Source of the DNA: a bacterium | Lineage (GTDB): Bacteria; UBA10199; 2-02-FULL-44-16; JAAZCA01 | Reading direction: 5' to 3' | Length of the DNA: 64,000 nt | NCBI GenBank assembly: GCA_041648665.1 | Contig: JBAZOP010000004.1 | Span: forward strand, 12,875 to 76,874 | Notes under the pieces: generated by a model | What the model saw: only the letters and a program-made list of their open reading frames with translations | Databases searched by the model: none | Told to the model about the DNA's origin: nothing | Made by a program: the position numbers and the translations under genes | Shown here: in pieces, positions 9,246 through 18,147 of the stretch | Layout of the letters: each line of letters opens with the position of its first letter | Numbering within the stretch: the stretch's first letter is position 1

Positions 9246-10610
9246 TCACCACCTGCCCATCAGGAGCGCCCTGGCGTCGGAGAACAGGTCCCCCCTGCAA
9301 AGGCTCCTCGCAAAACGGCGCGCTATATAGCCCGGCCGGAAGTAAAATTCGCGAAACGCCCTTTTATAATAAACGACGAGTTCCTCCCAGCTGAGATTCG
9401 GATGTCTGAAGAGCGGTTTTTCGACCTGATGGCAGTTGTAGAGCGCCCAGTCATCCGTGAGGATCGATCCGCTCGAGCGAAGTTCCTCGTAATAAGGGGT
9501 CCCGGGGTAAGGGATGCATATGTCGAACTTGGCGATATCCAGCGGCAGCCGCTTCGCAAAGGAGATCGTCCTCTCCATCGACTCGGCGTCCTCGCCCGGC
9601 AGGCCGAAGATGAAGAAGCCGAAGGTGGCGACGCCGGCCTCGCGCGCGAGCGTGACGGCGTTTTCGATCTGGCCCAAAGTGGTCTTCTTGCCCACGATAT
9701 CCAGGATGCGCTGATCCCCTGACTCGATGCCGTACCCCACCTGCCAGCAGCCCGCGCGCTTCGCCAGCCTGAAGAATTCGCGATCCACGAAATCGACGCG
9801 GATCCCGTTGATGAGCGACCAGGGGAATCTGAGCCCGCGGCGCAATATCCCCTCGCAGATCCTCTTGGCCCGATCGATATCCTGCGTAAAGCTGTCGTCC
9901 GTAATGTGGATCTCCCGAAATCCGCTCTTGAGCAGAAAGGCCATCTCGTCCACGACGCGCTCCGGATCCTTGGCCCTGAAGGCGCTTCCGAACGTCAGCT
10001 TGCTGCAAAAACAACAGTGATACGCGCACCCCCGGCTCGTCTCAATGAGGCCCACCGGATTTTTCCTGGAGGAGAGGCGCGAGTTCCGATAGCGATCGAG
10101 GGCGAACAGGCGCCATGCCGGATAGGGGAGCGCGTCGAGGTCCAAGACGCGAGACCCGTCGACCCGAACCGCTAGGTCGCCGCGCCTGGGCGGCGAGGCG
10201 AAAAGCCCCGGCACGACATCGTCCGCCTCCCCCACGACTACGGCGTCGAAGGCCGGCTCCCTCATGGCCTCGCCCGGAAGCGCAGTCACGTGCACCCCTC
10301 CGACTATCGTTGCGATGCGTGGGTCCAGCGCCTTGACATGCCCCATGATCCGCACGACGGAGGGATAATCAGGGGTATTCGCCGTCGAGGCGACGATCTC
10401 GGGCCGGAACCGGGCGAGCTCAGTTGCGATCGGAGGGCCGAGGTCGCCGTACAGGTCGAGGTCCAGGAGGCGAAGATCGTGCGAATCCGCCAGCCGACCG
10501 GCGATCGTGGCCAGGGTGAGGCTCGGATAGCTGGGTGCGCCGACACGGACGTTGGTGGCTAGATAGACGTTCCTCCGGGAGGGTGGATTGACCAGCAAAA
10601 TGCGTGACAT
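9246..10610 (-). CDS. B12-binding-domain radical SAM protein
   Basis: CxxxCxxC cluster motif (SRGCAYHCCFCS) follows an N-terminal cobalamin-binding-like domain (MSRILLVNPP...). The ATG at 10610 was chosen; the ORF extends to 10664. Confidence 0.8.
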   Translation of the reverse strand: MSRILLVNPPSRRNVYLATNVRVGAPSYPSLTLATIAGRLADSHDLRLLDLDLYGDLGPPIATELARFRPEIVASTANTPDYPSVVRIMGHVKALDPRIATIVGGVHVTALPGEAMREPAFDAVVVGEADDVVPGLFASPPRRGDLAVRVDGSRVLDLDALPYPAWRLFALDRYRNSRLSSRKNPVGLIETSRGCAYHCCFCSKLTFGSAFRAKDPERVVDEMAFLLKSGFREIHITDDSFTQDIDRAKRICEGILRRGLRFPWSLINGIRVDFVDREFFRLAKRAGCWQVGYGIESGDQRILDIVGKKTTLGQIENAVTLAREAGVATFGFFIFGLPGEDAESMERTISFAKRLPLDIAKFDICIPYPGTPYYEELRSSGSILTDDWALYNCHQVEKPLFRHPNLSWEELVVYYKRAFREFYFRPGYIARRFARSLCRGDLFSDARALLMGRW

Positions 10611-10697
10611 CTTGCCCCAAGGATAAGGGGATATATATTCTTTAGCAATCAGATTCGTTGCCAACTGCGCTCCATTTCCTTATTATGCAAGTCGTCA

Positions 10698-12323
10698 ATG
10701 TCGGCCCACAAGCTCAAGCTGATCTCTTGGATCCTCTTCTCCCTGGCCTGCCTGCTCTTCATTTTTTTGAACTGCGTGTTTTATGTGAATGTCGGGGCCC
10801 TATGGCGCGACGAAGTCAGCAGCCTCACCGTAGCGGACATGCCGACGTTCTTCAGCACCCTGGCCAACTTTGAAATAGCCGGCGCCCCATCGCTGTTCAC
10901 CGCGATCCTCCATTTCTGGATAAAAATCGGGACGGCCGCCTCGGACGCCTGGCTCCGCCTGTTCCCTCTCCTCATCTCCCTGGGGATAGCGGCTGCATTG
11001 GTCTGGCGGGGGATCAAATTCGGAAGGCGCCCCCCGCTGCTGGCCCTGGCGCTCCTGGCCTTCAACCCGACCGTCTTCTACTGGGGCGCCTCTCTGCGCT
11101 CGTACGGACTTGCCGTGATTTTTATCGTTGTGCTTTTCAGCTTGCTGCAAAAGATGCTTGAGGAGCCGTCGTTCAAGAACGCCGCCTTTGCGGCCGTCGC
11201 CGCAATCCTTGTCGTGCAATCGAGTTTTCAAGGCGTCCACCTGGTGGCCGCTCTTTGCGCAGCGACCGCCGTCGCCGGCATCGCGGCCGGCAAAAAGCTC
11301 TGCGCGCTGTTCGCCTTAGCGGCAGGAGCGATCGCTGGCCTCTCGCTAATCCCCTATGCCCTGGCGCTGCTTAAAGACGGCGACTGGATCGCCACGATTG
11401 AGGCGCAGCTCATGGAAATCTCCTTCTGGAAAGTGGTTCACAATTCGTTCGGCTCCGCCGGATCAGCCATGACCCACCTGTGGACATTGCTCATCACCGG
11501 CGTGTTGATCGCGCCCGTGCTCTACATGCTGTCAGGCCAGGACGCCGAAAAAAGGCGCGAGCGGTTCGCGACAAGCCTGTACGCCGCAGGCGCCATACTG
11601 CTCTCAGCCCTGGGGCAGATCCTTTTTATATGGTTCGTCAAGATAGGCCCCTCCCCGTGGAGGACCATCCCTCTGATAGCGCTCTTCGCGATGGCGGTGG
11701 AAGCTGCGTCAGGCGCCTTAGGCGAGAGCCGCCGCGCATGGGTCGGAAGGATGGCCGCAGCATGCCTCATTATCTCCATATGCCTCCCCACGATCTGGAG
11801 CCGGGCCCACGTCCGTCTGACGAATATCGATATAATCGCCGCCAACATAATGCACAACGAACGGCCGGGAGATTTTGTCGTGGTCGTGCCCTATTTTTGC
11901 GGCATCTCGTTCGACCGCTACTACGCCGGCAAAACGCCATGGATGACCCTGCCTCCCATACCGCAAGGAGAGCTGGCGGAATACGACAAGGTGATCCGGC
12001 GACACATGGAATCCCCGCAAAAGGCGATCGACCCCTTGATCGAGAAGATGACAAAAACCCTGCGATCCGGCGGCCGGGTATGGATGGTCGGCGGTCTCCC
12101 CTGGATACCGGAAAAAGACGAACAGGCGCCCGAGCTCATCCCAGCCCCCCACCCTGTTTATGGCTGGAGCATAGAGGGGTACTTGCCTGATTGGCATAAA
12201 AATGTAGGGGATCTGCTACGGAAACATGCCGACCAAATCATGCAGGTCATCATTCCGCAAAAACAAAAGGTCATGTTGCATGAGAACATTCCCCTGGCCC
12301 TGATCGAGGGATGGAAGCCGTGA
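10698..12323 (+). CDS. polytopic membrane protein, GT-C (ArnT/PMT-like) glycosyltransferase candidate
   Basis: 541-aa ORF with roughly 10 or more hydrophobic segments in the first ~370 aa. An early acidic loop motif (LWRDEVSS) and a soluble C-terminal domain fit the GT-C architecture. The assignment is tentative. Confidence 0.5.
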   Translation: MSAHKLKLISWILFSLACLLFIFLNCVFYVNVGALWRDEVSSLTVADMPTFFSTLANFEIAGAPSLFTAILHFWIKIGTAASDAWLRLFPLLISLGIAAALVWRGIKFGRRPPLLALALLAFNPTVFYWGASLRSYGLAVIFIVVLFSLLQKMLEEPSFKNAAFAAVAAILVVQSSFQGVHLVAALCAATAVAGIAAGKKLCALFALAAGAIAGLSLIPYALALLKDGDWIATIEAQLMEISFWKVVHNSFGSAGSAMTHLWTLLITGVLIAPVLYMLSGQDAEKRRERFATSLYAAGAILLSALGQILFIWFVKIGPSPWRTIPLIALFAMAVEAASGALGESRRAWVGRMAAACLIISICLPTIWSRAHVRLTNIDIIAANIMHNERPGDFVVVVPYFCGISFDRYYAGKTPWMTLPPIPQGELAEYDKVIRRHMESPQKAIDPLIEKMTKTLRSGGRVWMVGGLPWIPEKDEQAPELIPAPHPVYGWSIEGYLPDWHKNVGDLLRKHADQIMQVIIPQKQKVMLHENIPLALIEGWKP

Positions 12324-12336
12324 TTTCGATCTTCGG

Positions 12337-12735
12337 CTACGATCGGCCGTACTTAGCGACGCATTCGCCTATGGCTCCGAAGAGGTCTTCCTTGCGGATC
12401 GGCTTCTGCAGGATGATGGCGTGATCGAGTTTCTCTATCGTCGAGAGCGACTCGGGATCAAGGCAGCTCACGACGATCACCGGCAAACTCATGGTCTTCC
12501 GGTTGCCCCTGAGATAGACGAAAAAGGACTCGCCCGAGAGCGGCTCCATGATGATGTCGAGCACTATTACATCGAAGCGGCCGCCCTCGACCCTGCGCAG
12601 CCCCTGCATCGCGTCGCTCATGAGCTCGATCTCAAAACCCGATTCGCCCGCGAACATGCCCCTGTAGATATCCAGCATGTCCTGGTTGTCCTCCACGATC
12701 ATCACCCTGATCTTTTTTGCAGGCTCTGCCCTCAT
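12337..12735 (-). CDS. stand-alone response-regulator receiver domain (CheY-like)
   Basis: 132-aa ORF. It has an acidic pocket (IVEDN), a phospho-acceptor context (DVIVLDIIMEP) and a conserved Lys region (LQKP). There is no output domain. Confidence 0.85.
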   Translation of the reverse strand: MRAEPAKKIRVMIVEDNQDMLDIYRGMFAGESGFEIELMSDAMQGLRRVEGGRFDVIVLDIIMEPLSGESFFVYLRGNRKTMSLPVIVVSCLDPESLSTIEKLDHAIILQKPIRKEDLFGAIGECVAKYGRS

Positions 12736-12913
12736 ATAAACGCCCCTTGGGGGAAAACACGCTCCTTATACTTATTATATTACAAAAAGGCTCAAAAACC
12801 CAGCCCCGGCAAATCCGCTGATACCCATCAACTAAATGATCCGCTTGCCTCTGGGAAAATGCGGTGTTATAGGGGGCAACCCGAAATAAACGGGTGTAAT
12901 ATCGGTAAAATCA

Positions 12914-12984
12914 GCGGGTGTAATTCAATGGTAGAATGGAAGCTTCCCAAGCTTCATACGTGGGTTCGATTCCCATCACCCGCT
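12914..12984 (+). tRNA. tRNA-Gly (anticodon CCC)
   Basis: The cloverleaf was read by eye. The acceptor is GCGGGTG/CACCCGC, the anticodon arm is GAAGC-TTCCCAA-GCTTC, and the T arm is GTGGG-TTCGATT-CCCAT. The discriminator is T and CCA is not encoded. Confidence 0.9.
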
Positions 12985-13073
12985 CAAAGGAATTTCAAGC
13001 AGTTATAAGAATACCGCCGCTTTCATCCCTCTGATTTTCCCACAATACTCCCACAATTTTTCAAAAAGCCGGG

Positions 13074-14216
13074 TCAAACTGCGCTTTCTACGACTCGGAA
13101 TTTTGTCTTTTGCAGGTCCCGAATCGTCGGCAATAAATTCACTGCGCGCCGCAGTTGATCCGTTTGAACCTCGGTATAAATCTCCATCGTTAACCGAACG
13201 TCGGCATGGCCCAGCAAGGTCTGTGCTTCCTTGGGATGCGCTCCGTGCCGCGCCAACAGGGAGCAGAAAGTCTTGCGCAATCCGTGCAACGTCACTCCCT
13301 GAATCCCCGCCTTGCTGAAGAGCCGGTTCATGCTGGGGCGGAATATGCCGACCGGACGGCCATCCCCATGACAAAACACATACTCCCTCTGTGCCGTGGT
13401 GCGCGGCAAATAAGGGCGGGGGCTGGTTCCGTTGCCGTATTGCATATTGGGCCAGTTTTCTTTGAGAAATTCGAGCGTGTCTTCCAAGTCAGGAGCCATC
13501 GGGATAACCCGCGATTCCCTGTTCTTGGTTTTGCGCTCATGGCCGGACACAATCTTGAGCAAGTGGTCGTCCCAATTGATATCCTCGAATTTCAACTGGG
13601 AGAGTTCGCCCGGCCTCATGCCCGACTGGACCATGACCAAGAGCACCGCCTTTTGCCACGGGGTAGCCATGTCCAGCAAACGACCCAATTCCGCCTCTGT
13701 CAAAGAACGACTGCCGCCTTTTTCTTCGGTCCAACGACGGACACCTTGCGCCGGGGATACGGCCAAATACCGCCATTCAACTGCTTTCTGAAACAGAAGC
13801 CGCAAGACGCTAAGCAGGATATTCTTGGAGCGGTTGTTGAGCAGCTGGGTGCCGATGAATCGTTCCAGACCTTCGCGATTGATCTGGTCCAAATGGCAAC
13901 CCTGAAACTCCTGCCGCAATTTCCCCAACCGATCCCGATAAAGCCTCACCGTACCGGGGGCGCGTGTCCCTTGCGCAAAATCGGCAAGGAACTTATCGCA
14001 AAACTCGCCCAAAAACAGCCGCACCGTGGGCGTTTGCTGGTGCGTCCCGTTCAGCAATTCATTCAGTACGGCCATCCTTCGTATCTCGGCTTCTTTCTTG
14101 CCGATGCATCCCAGCTGAATGTTTCTGTCACTACGCCCATATTCCCGTACCACAAGGTAATACCGCTTCTCGCCCTTCTTGGTTCGGTAATGCCGTACGT
14201 AGACGTTTGAAGTCAC
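13074..14216 (-). CDS. tyrosine-type site-specific integrase
   Basis: 380-aa ORF with the catalytic-domain motifs GMRPGEL, HGLRKTF and LLGHADVRLTMEIYTEV (R..HxxR..Y). The GTG start overlaps the excisionase stop (GTGA at 14213-14216). Confidence 0.9.
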   Translation of the reverse strand: MTSNVYVRHYRTKKGEKRYYLVVREYGRSDRNIQLGCIGKKEAEIRRMAVLNELLNGTHQQTPTVRLFLGEFCDKFLADFAQGTRAPGTVRLYRDRLGKLRQEFQGCHLDQINREGLERFIGTQLLNNRSKNILLSVLRLLFQKAVEWRYLAVSPAQGVRRWTEEKGGSRSLTEAELGRLLDMATPWQKAVLLVMVQSGMRPGELSQLKFEDINWDDHLLKIVSGHERKTKNRESRVIPMAPDLEDTLEFLKENWPNMQYGNGTSPRPYLPRTTAQREYVFCHGDGRPVGIFRPSMNRLFSKAGIQGVTLHGLRKTFCSLLARHGAHPKEAQTLLGHADVRLTMEIYTEVQTDQLRRAVNLLPTIRDLQKTKFRVVESAV

Positions 14217-14455
14217 CTAGCCAGCTCCTTTCTAGGGTCAAACGTCGTCTCCTCTGTGGGTGCCACTTTGTGGCTGCACCTCCGTTTCAGCCAAGTCAGG
14301 ACTTCGGAAGGAACGTATCGGCATCCTTTGCCGACATAAAAACGCGGCATCCCTTCACGATTGTATTGATCTACCGTGGACTTGGCACATTGCAGGAAGT
14401 CACAGAGTTCCTTATGCGTCAAGGGCCTCCCGGTTTTATTGCATGCGTCCGTCAC
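14213..14455 (-). CDS. excisionase/AlpA-like helix-turn-helix DNA-binding protein
   Basis: The ORF is 14213-14581. The in-frame GTG at 14455 forms a GTGA overlap with the stop of the upstream ORF. The sequence LTHKELCDFLQCAKSTVDQYNREGMPRFYVGKGCRY resembles MerR/AlpA-type excisionase HTH domains. Confidence 0.65.
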   Translation of the reverse strand: MTDACNKTGRPLTHKELCDFLQCAKSTVDQYNREGMPRFYVGKGCRYVPSEVLTWLKRRCSHKVAPTEETTFDPRKELAR

Positions 14456-14817
14456 GCAACCGCCTCCGCTTGCTGCCTTGCCAACTCCAGAATCCTCGCC
14501 AATATCTCCGAGGCGTTGCCGTCCCCGATCTTTCGCAGCGGAATGCCAGCAAGGGGCTTGTCCATGAGGTCTGAGGACCAATAAGGCAGGACGATCTCAA
14601 GCCACTCAATCAGGTGCCGGACTTTCCCGGGGTACTTCCGAGCAACGATTTTGCCAACATCCGTTCCCCAGCCGTCTCCCACGAAATAAAGCCCGTGCGC
14701 CTTGAGGACAAAGGGCCTGCGGCATATCTCTCTCACCGGGAGCTGGACGAAGTCAGCCCACTCGATCCTTTCAAATCGTCCCTCGATTAGCTCAAGGATT
14801 TCGGAGCTGGCTTTCAT
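14452..14817 (-). CDS. hypothetical protein of the island core operon
   Basis: 121-aa ORF, translationally coupled on both sides (TGATG at 14815-14819 and GTGA at 14452-14455). No motif was recognised. Confidence 0.5.
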   Translation of the reverse strand: MKASSEILELIEGRFERIEWADFVQLPVREICRRPFVLKAHGLYFVGDGWGTDVGKIVARKYPGKVRHLIEWLEIVLPYWSSDLMDKPLAGIPLRKIGDGNASEILARILELARQQAEAVA

Positions 14818-16352
14818 CAGAAGCCCTCCGGCAAGTCGGGTCCCGGCACATATCCCTCATCTTCGTCGCCCTGATGTGGCAATGAAGGCGGAGAAAACGA
14901 CAGCTGCGATGTCCGGGAGAAGGAATCCTTGTACCGCTGCACTGCATCGCCATCCCATGAAGGCGATGTCTCACACACACCGTCATTTTGAGTAACACCT
15001 GCAAGCAAGTCATTTTGAGCGGTTAGGGTGTTACCCGAAATGCGGTTGTGCTCCGGGGGAGGTGTTACTCGATTTGCCCGTGTGTGCGTCAGGAGAGGAT
15101 GAAAATCTTTTTTTAACGTGAATTTGTACGGCTCGCCATCCGTATCAGCGTCCAGAACCGCAAGCACCGCCAGCTCTTTAAGGTGATGCAAGGCCGTTTT
15201 TTTGGCCATCCCCTTTAGTCGGGCAACTTCCAAGGCAGTTGTTTGACCGCCAGCTTCAAGCATGGCCTCAAAGACAAGTCGCCGATATTCCGGCATTGAG
15301 CTGAGGCAAACGTGTCCCACAAACTGCAAATCCTCCAACTCAGCGGCACTTGCCCCGCGAATCAGTGCCGAACCCGCTATAAGTGCTTGAAGGACTTGGG
15401 CGGCTCGCCAACCGTGCTCAATCGCGGGCGCCCCATGGCGGTCATCATCCGTTGTATTGCCATCGCTCAGAGACAGTCCACCGCGTAGCAGAGTCAGGGC
15501 CTCACAGTATAGGCCGATTGAAGACGCAATTTCCTCGGACACTCCAATCTTATGAATAGACAAAGAGCGTCGAGGGACGCTCTCAAATAGCGTTTCTAAA
15601 AACACCCTAACTTTGTCAGCGCACTCCTCGCGGTTGACAGACGGCTTCTTTGTACCACGAATCAACGCAGCATAATCACGGGCGCTAGGACGCTTTGAAT
15701 CCGTTGAAATGAAAAAGAGCCGCGTTCCGAGAGCAGCCATCAGACCGAAGACTTTAGGACGCGGCGGCGTTGTAGCGCCAAGCCAGACAAAATTGATTGG
15801 GTCGGAATAGCCGCGCGTTCCTTGTGTGCCGCTAGATGTTACGAGTCCCTCGCCGTCAAGCACACTTGTAAGCTGAGCGAAGGCAACGCGAATATCATCT
15901 TCACGCCCGGAAAAGAGAGGCGCCAACTCCTTTGTGCAAAGGCACGCATCGCGCAACTTTGGCAGCAAATCTATTTTTTCAAGCTGTTCCTTTTTGACAT
16001 TTGAAGCATGAGAGACAAATGCCTTCGGCGTAAAACTATCGCATCTGACGATCCCGACAAGGCCGGACCTCATAATCCATGTCAGCGGCTCAGTTTTGCC
16101 GGAGCCTGACGGACCCATAGCGATCATAGTTACAGGCAAAGGGAAATCTGAAAGACATAGGGACGCAGTTGCAGCAAGATAAGCATGGAGCTGAGGCCAC
16201 AATGCTGGGAATGAACACCGCACGGCCTCCCTCATGTCCTCATATACACGCTTGAGAGACGAGTGTGCGATTGTTAGGCAGGGTTGCTCCAAAGCAGCTT
16301 GAAGCGTTGGCGCGATTTCATGCGGCATGACAAGCCCCCTCTCGCTGTTCAC
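14817..16352 (-). CDS. P-loop NTPase, SF3-helicase-like replication protein with a C-terminal winged-helix
   Basis: Walker A motif (MGPSGSGKT). The downstream layout (CTKELAPLF, LTSVLDGEG..., FVWLGATTPP) resembles the helicase half of phage/plasmid primase-helicases. The C-terminal segment TTALEVARLKGMAKKTALHHLKEL looks HTH-like. No primase domain was seen. Confidence 0.65.
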   Translation of the reverse strand: MNSERGLVMPHEIAPTLQAALEQPCLTIAHSSLKRVYEDMREAVRCSFPALWPQLHAYLAATASLCLSDFPLPVTMIAMGPSGSGKTEPLTWIMRSGLVGIVRCDSFTPKAFVSHASNVKKEQLEKIDLLPKLRDACLCTKELAPLFSGREDDIRVAFAQLTSVLDGEGLVTSSGTQGTRGYSDPINFVWLGATTPPRPKVFGLMAALGTRLFFISTDSKRPSARDYAALIRGTKKPSVNREECADKVRVFLETLFESVPRRSLSIHKIGVSEEIASSIGLYCEALTLLRGGLSLSDGNTTDDDRHGAPAIEHGWRAAQVLQALIAGSALIRGASAAELEDLQFVGHVCLSSMPEYRRLVFEAMLEAGGQTTALEVARLKGMAKKTALHHLKELAVLAVLDADTDGEPYKFTLKKDFHPLLTHTRANRVTPPPEHNRISGNTLTAQNDLLAGVTQNDGVCETSPSWDGDAVQRYKDSFSRTSQLSFSPPSLPHQGDEDEGYVPGPDLPEGF

Positions 16353-16722
16353 GGTCGGTCCGCGCTGCCCTCCTTAGACGTGCAATAGTGGCATCAATTT
16401 CCGCAAGCAATTCTCGCCTATACAGCACCTTAAGCGCGTCGTCGTATGCATAAAGCTGTTCATCAATTTCAGCCCATACGCGCTTCAAGTCTTCATCGCT
16501 CAACCGGCCTTCGTTATGCAGTTTGCGAGCGATCTGCGTCTGCAGGCAGGCTCGATCTGCAACGAGGCGGTCAAGCCATTTCCAACGTTCGACAGCATTT
16601 CTGCGGTAAACATGTAAGGCAACAATTGCCACTTCATGGTCAAAGAAATTTAGTTCTTGATACGTCCCTGAATTAACGTTATTCATTATCTGCATTTCCT
16701 TTCTGCCCCGGTCCGCCGACAA
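16318..16722 (-). CDS. hypothetical protein (island)
   Basis: 134-aa ORF. The likely true start is the third Met (MNNVNSG, about 16686), which lies 9 nt after an AGGAA. The protein is helical and charged. No motif was recognised. Confidence 0.45.
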   Translation of the reverse strand: MSADRGRKEMQIMNNVNSGTYQELNFFDHEVAIVALHVYRRNAVERWKWLDRLVADRACLQTQIARKLHNEGRLSDEDLKRVWAEIDEQLYAYDDALKVLYRRELLAEIDATIARLRRAARTDREQREGACHAA

Positions 16723-16739
16723 GCTGCCGGGGCATTTGT

Positions 16740-16952
16740 TTATGAGTTCCGCGAATCCTTCTCAAATATTTCATCCGGTTTTAGCCCTAGTATTTGCCCA
16801 ACGCGAACAAGGCGCGCATCGCCATTACGGACGCGCTGCGCTCCAATAACCCACTTACTCAAGAGTGAGGGATTAACATCGGCTTTTAGAGCCACACGAT
16901 ATTGCGGCTCGTGCCAGAGCTTCAATCTATCTTTGAATTGTTGAGATAGCAT
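16740..16952 (-). CDS. small Cro/XRE-like HTH regulator
   Basis: 70-aa ORF with an HTH-like core (YRVALKADVNPSLLSKWVIG). It is the first gene of the minus-strand island operon. Confidence 0.6.
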   Translation of the reverse strand: MLSQQFKDRLKLWHEPQYRVALKADVNPSLLSKWVIGAQRVRNGDARLVRVGQILGLKPDEIFEKDSRNS

Positions 16953-17034
16953 CTATTCCTCCAGTTTGCTTACCGGAGGTTTATAGAATAAGAATTACAA
17001 TGACTAGTAAGTGGAGGTTTCAGATGGGTGTGAG

Positions 17035-17054
17035 ATCAACACCCAAGTGTTGAT
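17035..17054. promoter_or_regulatory. 20-bp palindrome (ATCAACAC-CCAA-GTGTTGAT), candidate operator or terminator at the module boundary
   Basis: A perfect 8-bp inverted repeat with a 4-nt centre. It lies between the stop of the 227-aa gene (17066) and the start of the Cro-like gene (16952). Confidence 0.35.
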
Positions 17055-17065
17055 GGCAGGCCAGA

Positions 17066-17749
17066 CTATATTTGCAGTCTCTCGAACTCTCTTTTGACAA
17101 TCGTCTTGATCGTACTGCTTTTGAGCACGCGTCGATCACTGTTGCAAGGATGCTGTTCGTAGAGAAATGCCAATGTGTCTATTGCCTCTTGGTGGCTCTT
17201 TCCGCAGTCCACAACCAAGCAGGAAACAAGGCAGGCAATATTCATATCACGAGATTCATTCCAAGATATTTTAGGCATTTGATTGCGCTGCTGTGCAGTC
17301 TTCATCACATCTTCCAATACATCCTCTGCATCACACATTACATGCCTCACAGATAGCGGTCGTTTCATAATGACATGCTCGTAAGTGTAGTTCTTATTAA
17401 ACCAACGAGTCAGTTCGAGCAGTTTTTTTACTTTCTTCATGTTGTCGCGAGAGAACTGAAAACGTTTCTCGCTAGCCAAATGGTACCATTCGATAATGTC
17501 AGCAAGGATAAAACAGAAGGGTCTTATGCTCTTAATCCCACTTTCACTCAATTTATTGAGGTAGGAAAGAACGGCTTCGTCATCACAGCCAATTTTATAA
17601 AACCAACCGCTGATTCTCTTTACGCCATCTACCACGGTTTCCGTGCGTATTGGCGTGTACTGCTGGTATTTTGTCAGACCACATCTCAAGGCTATTTTGA
17701 GTTTCTCATAATCCGATCCAGGTCTTTCGGACCTTCTCCCTTTTTTCAC
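17066..17749 (-). CDS. hypothetical 227-aa protein (AT-rich island cargo)
   Basis: A long ORF in a visibly AT-richer segment. No signal peptide and no known motif were recognised. Confidence 0.55.
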   Translation of the reverse strand: MKKGRRSERPGSDYEKLKIALRCGLTKYQQYTPIRTETVVDGVKRISGWFYKIGCDDEAVLSYLNKLSESGIKSIRPFCFILADIIEWYHLASEKRFQFSRDNMKKVKKLLELTRWFNKNYTYEHVIMKRPLSVRHVMCDAEDVLEDVMKTAQQRNQMPKISWNESRDMNIACLVSCLVVDCGKSHQEAIDTLAFLYEQHPCNSDRRVLKSSTIKTIVKREFERLQI

Positions 17750-17837
17750 CCCGCCCCTCGCAGTCTCCCTGAAAGATTGAAGGGGCAGGCGGATAGGGAT
17801 GCCGCTTTTCGGGAGCGACCCTAGCCCCGTCTTTATC

Positions 17838-18125
17838 TCACTTCTCTTTTTCGCTTATCCTCTTAGCTGTTATATTAACAAACATTCCCGCACCAATACA
17901 TGCGATCATGCCGATGACCCAGCCCGCACCGTTGTCCGGCCCGGGTGAAAACCTATAGCCCGTTTCTGACGGTGACACATACCGCGATCTACCCCGTCCC
18001 CCTCCTTCGTAATTAACCCATCTCGGATAATTAGGATTGTAGATATGTGAAAAAGCAACCAATGCGCACACAAAAGCTATAAGCCAAAGCGTCCAGGCGA
18101 TCACCTTCAACTGTTTGCGCGACAT
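17838..18125 (-). CDS. small membrane protein (two hydrophobic segments)
   Basis: The ORF is 17838-18230. The start at the Met at 18125 (MSRKQLKVIAWTLWLIAFVCALVAF...) avoids overlap with the XRE gene ending at 18148. A second TM segment lies near the C-terminus (GWVIGMIACIGAGMFV). Confidence 0.5.
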   Translation of the reverse strand: MSRKQLKVIAWTLWLIAFVCALVAFSHIYNPNYPRWVNYEGGGRGRSRYVSPSETGYRFSPGPDNGAGWVIGMIACIGAGMFVNITAKRISEKEK

Positions 18126-18147
18126 GTTTCTCCCCCCATATGTGAAC

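Noticed and set aside
12891-12924. Exact 10-nt direct repeat CGGGTGTAAT, 14 nt upstream of and at the 5' end of tRNA-Gly(CCC).
   Set aside because: It is too short to distinguish a duplication footprint from chance. Integrase-mediated duplications are expected at the tRNA 3' end, not the 5' end.
12421-13008. 195-aa plus-strand ORF spanning the response-regulator gene, the intergenic region and tRNA-Gly(CCC).
   Set aside because: It runs antisense to a well-supported receiver-domain gene and straight through a tRNA gene, so it is spurious.
16318-16352. A 35-nt overlap between the 134-aa ORF and the P-loop ATPase ORF, considered as functional dual coding.
   Set aside because: An internal Met (MPHEIAP, 16328) gives a shorter overlap. 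The exact start cannot be decided from sequence alone, so no claim is made.
13005-16998. Candidate att direct repeats. ATAAGAAT(T)AC occurs at 13005-13014 and 16988-16998. CACCCGCT at about 18285 matches the tRNA 3' end. CGCTTTCA occurs near 13017 and 21326.
   Set aside because: The matches are only 8-10 nt, partly in AT-rich sequence, and well within chance expectation for a 64-kb window. None extends into a tRNA-like 3' segment.
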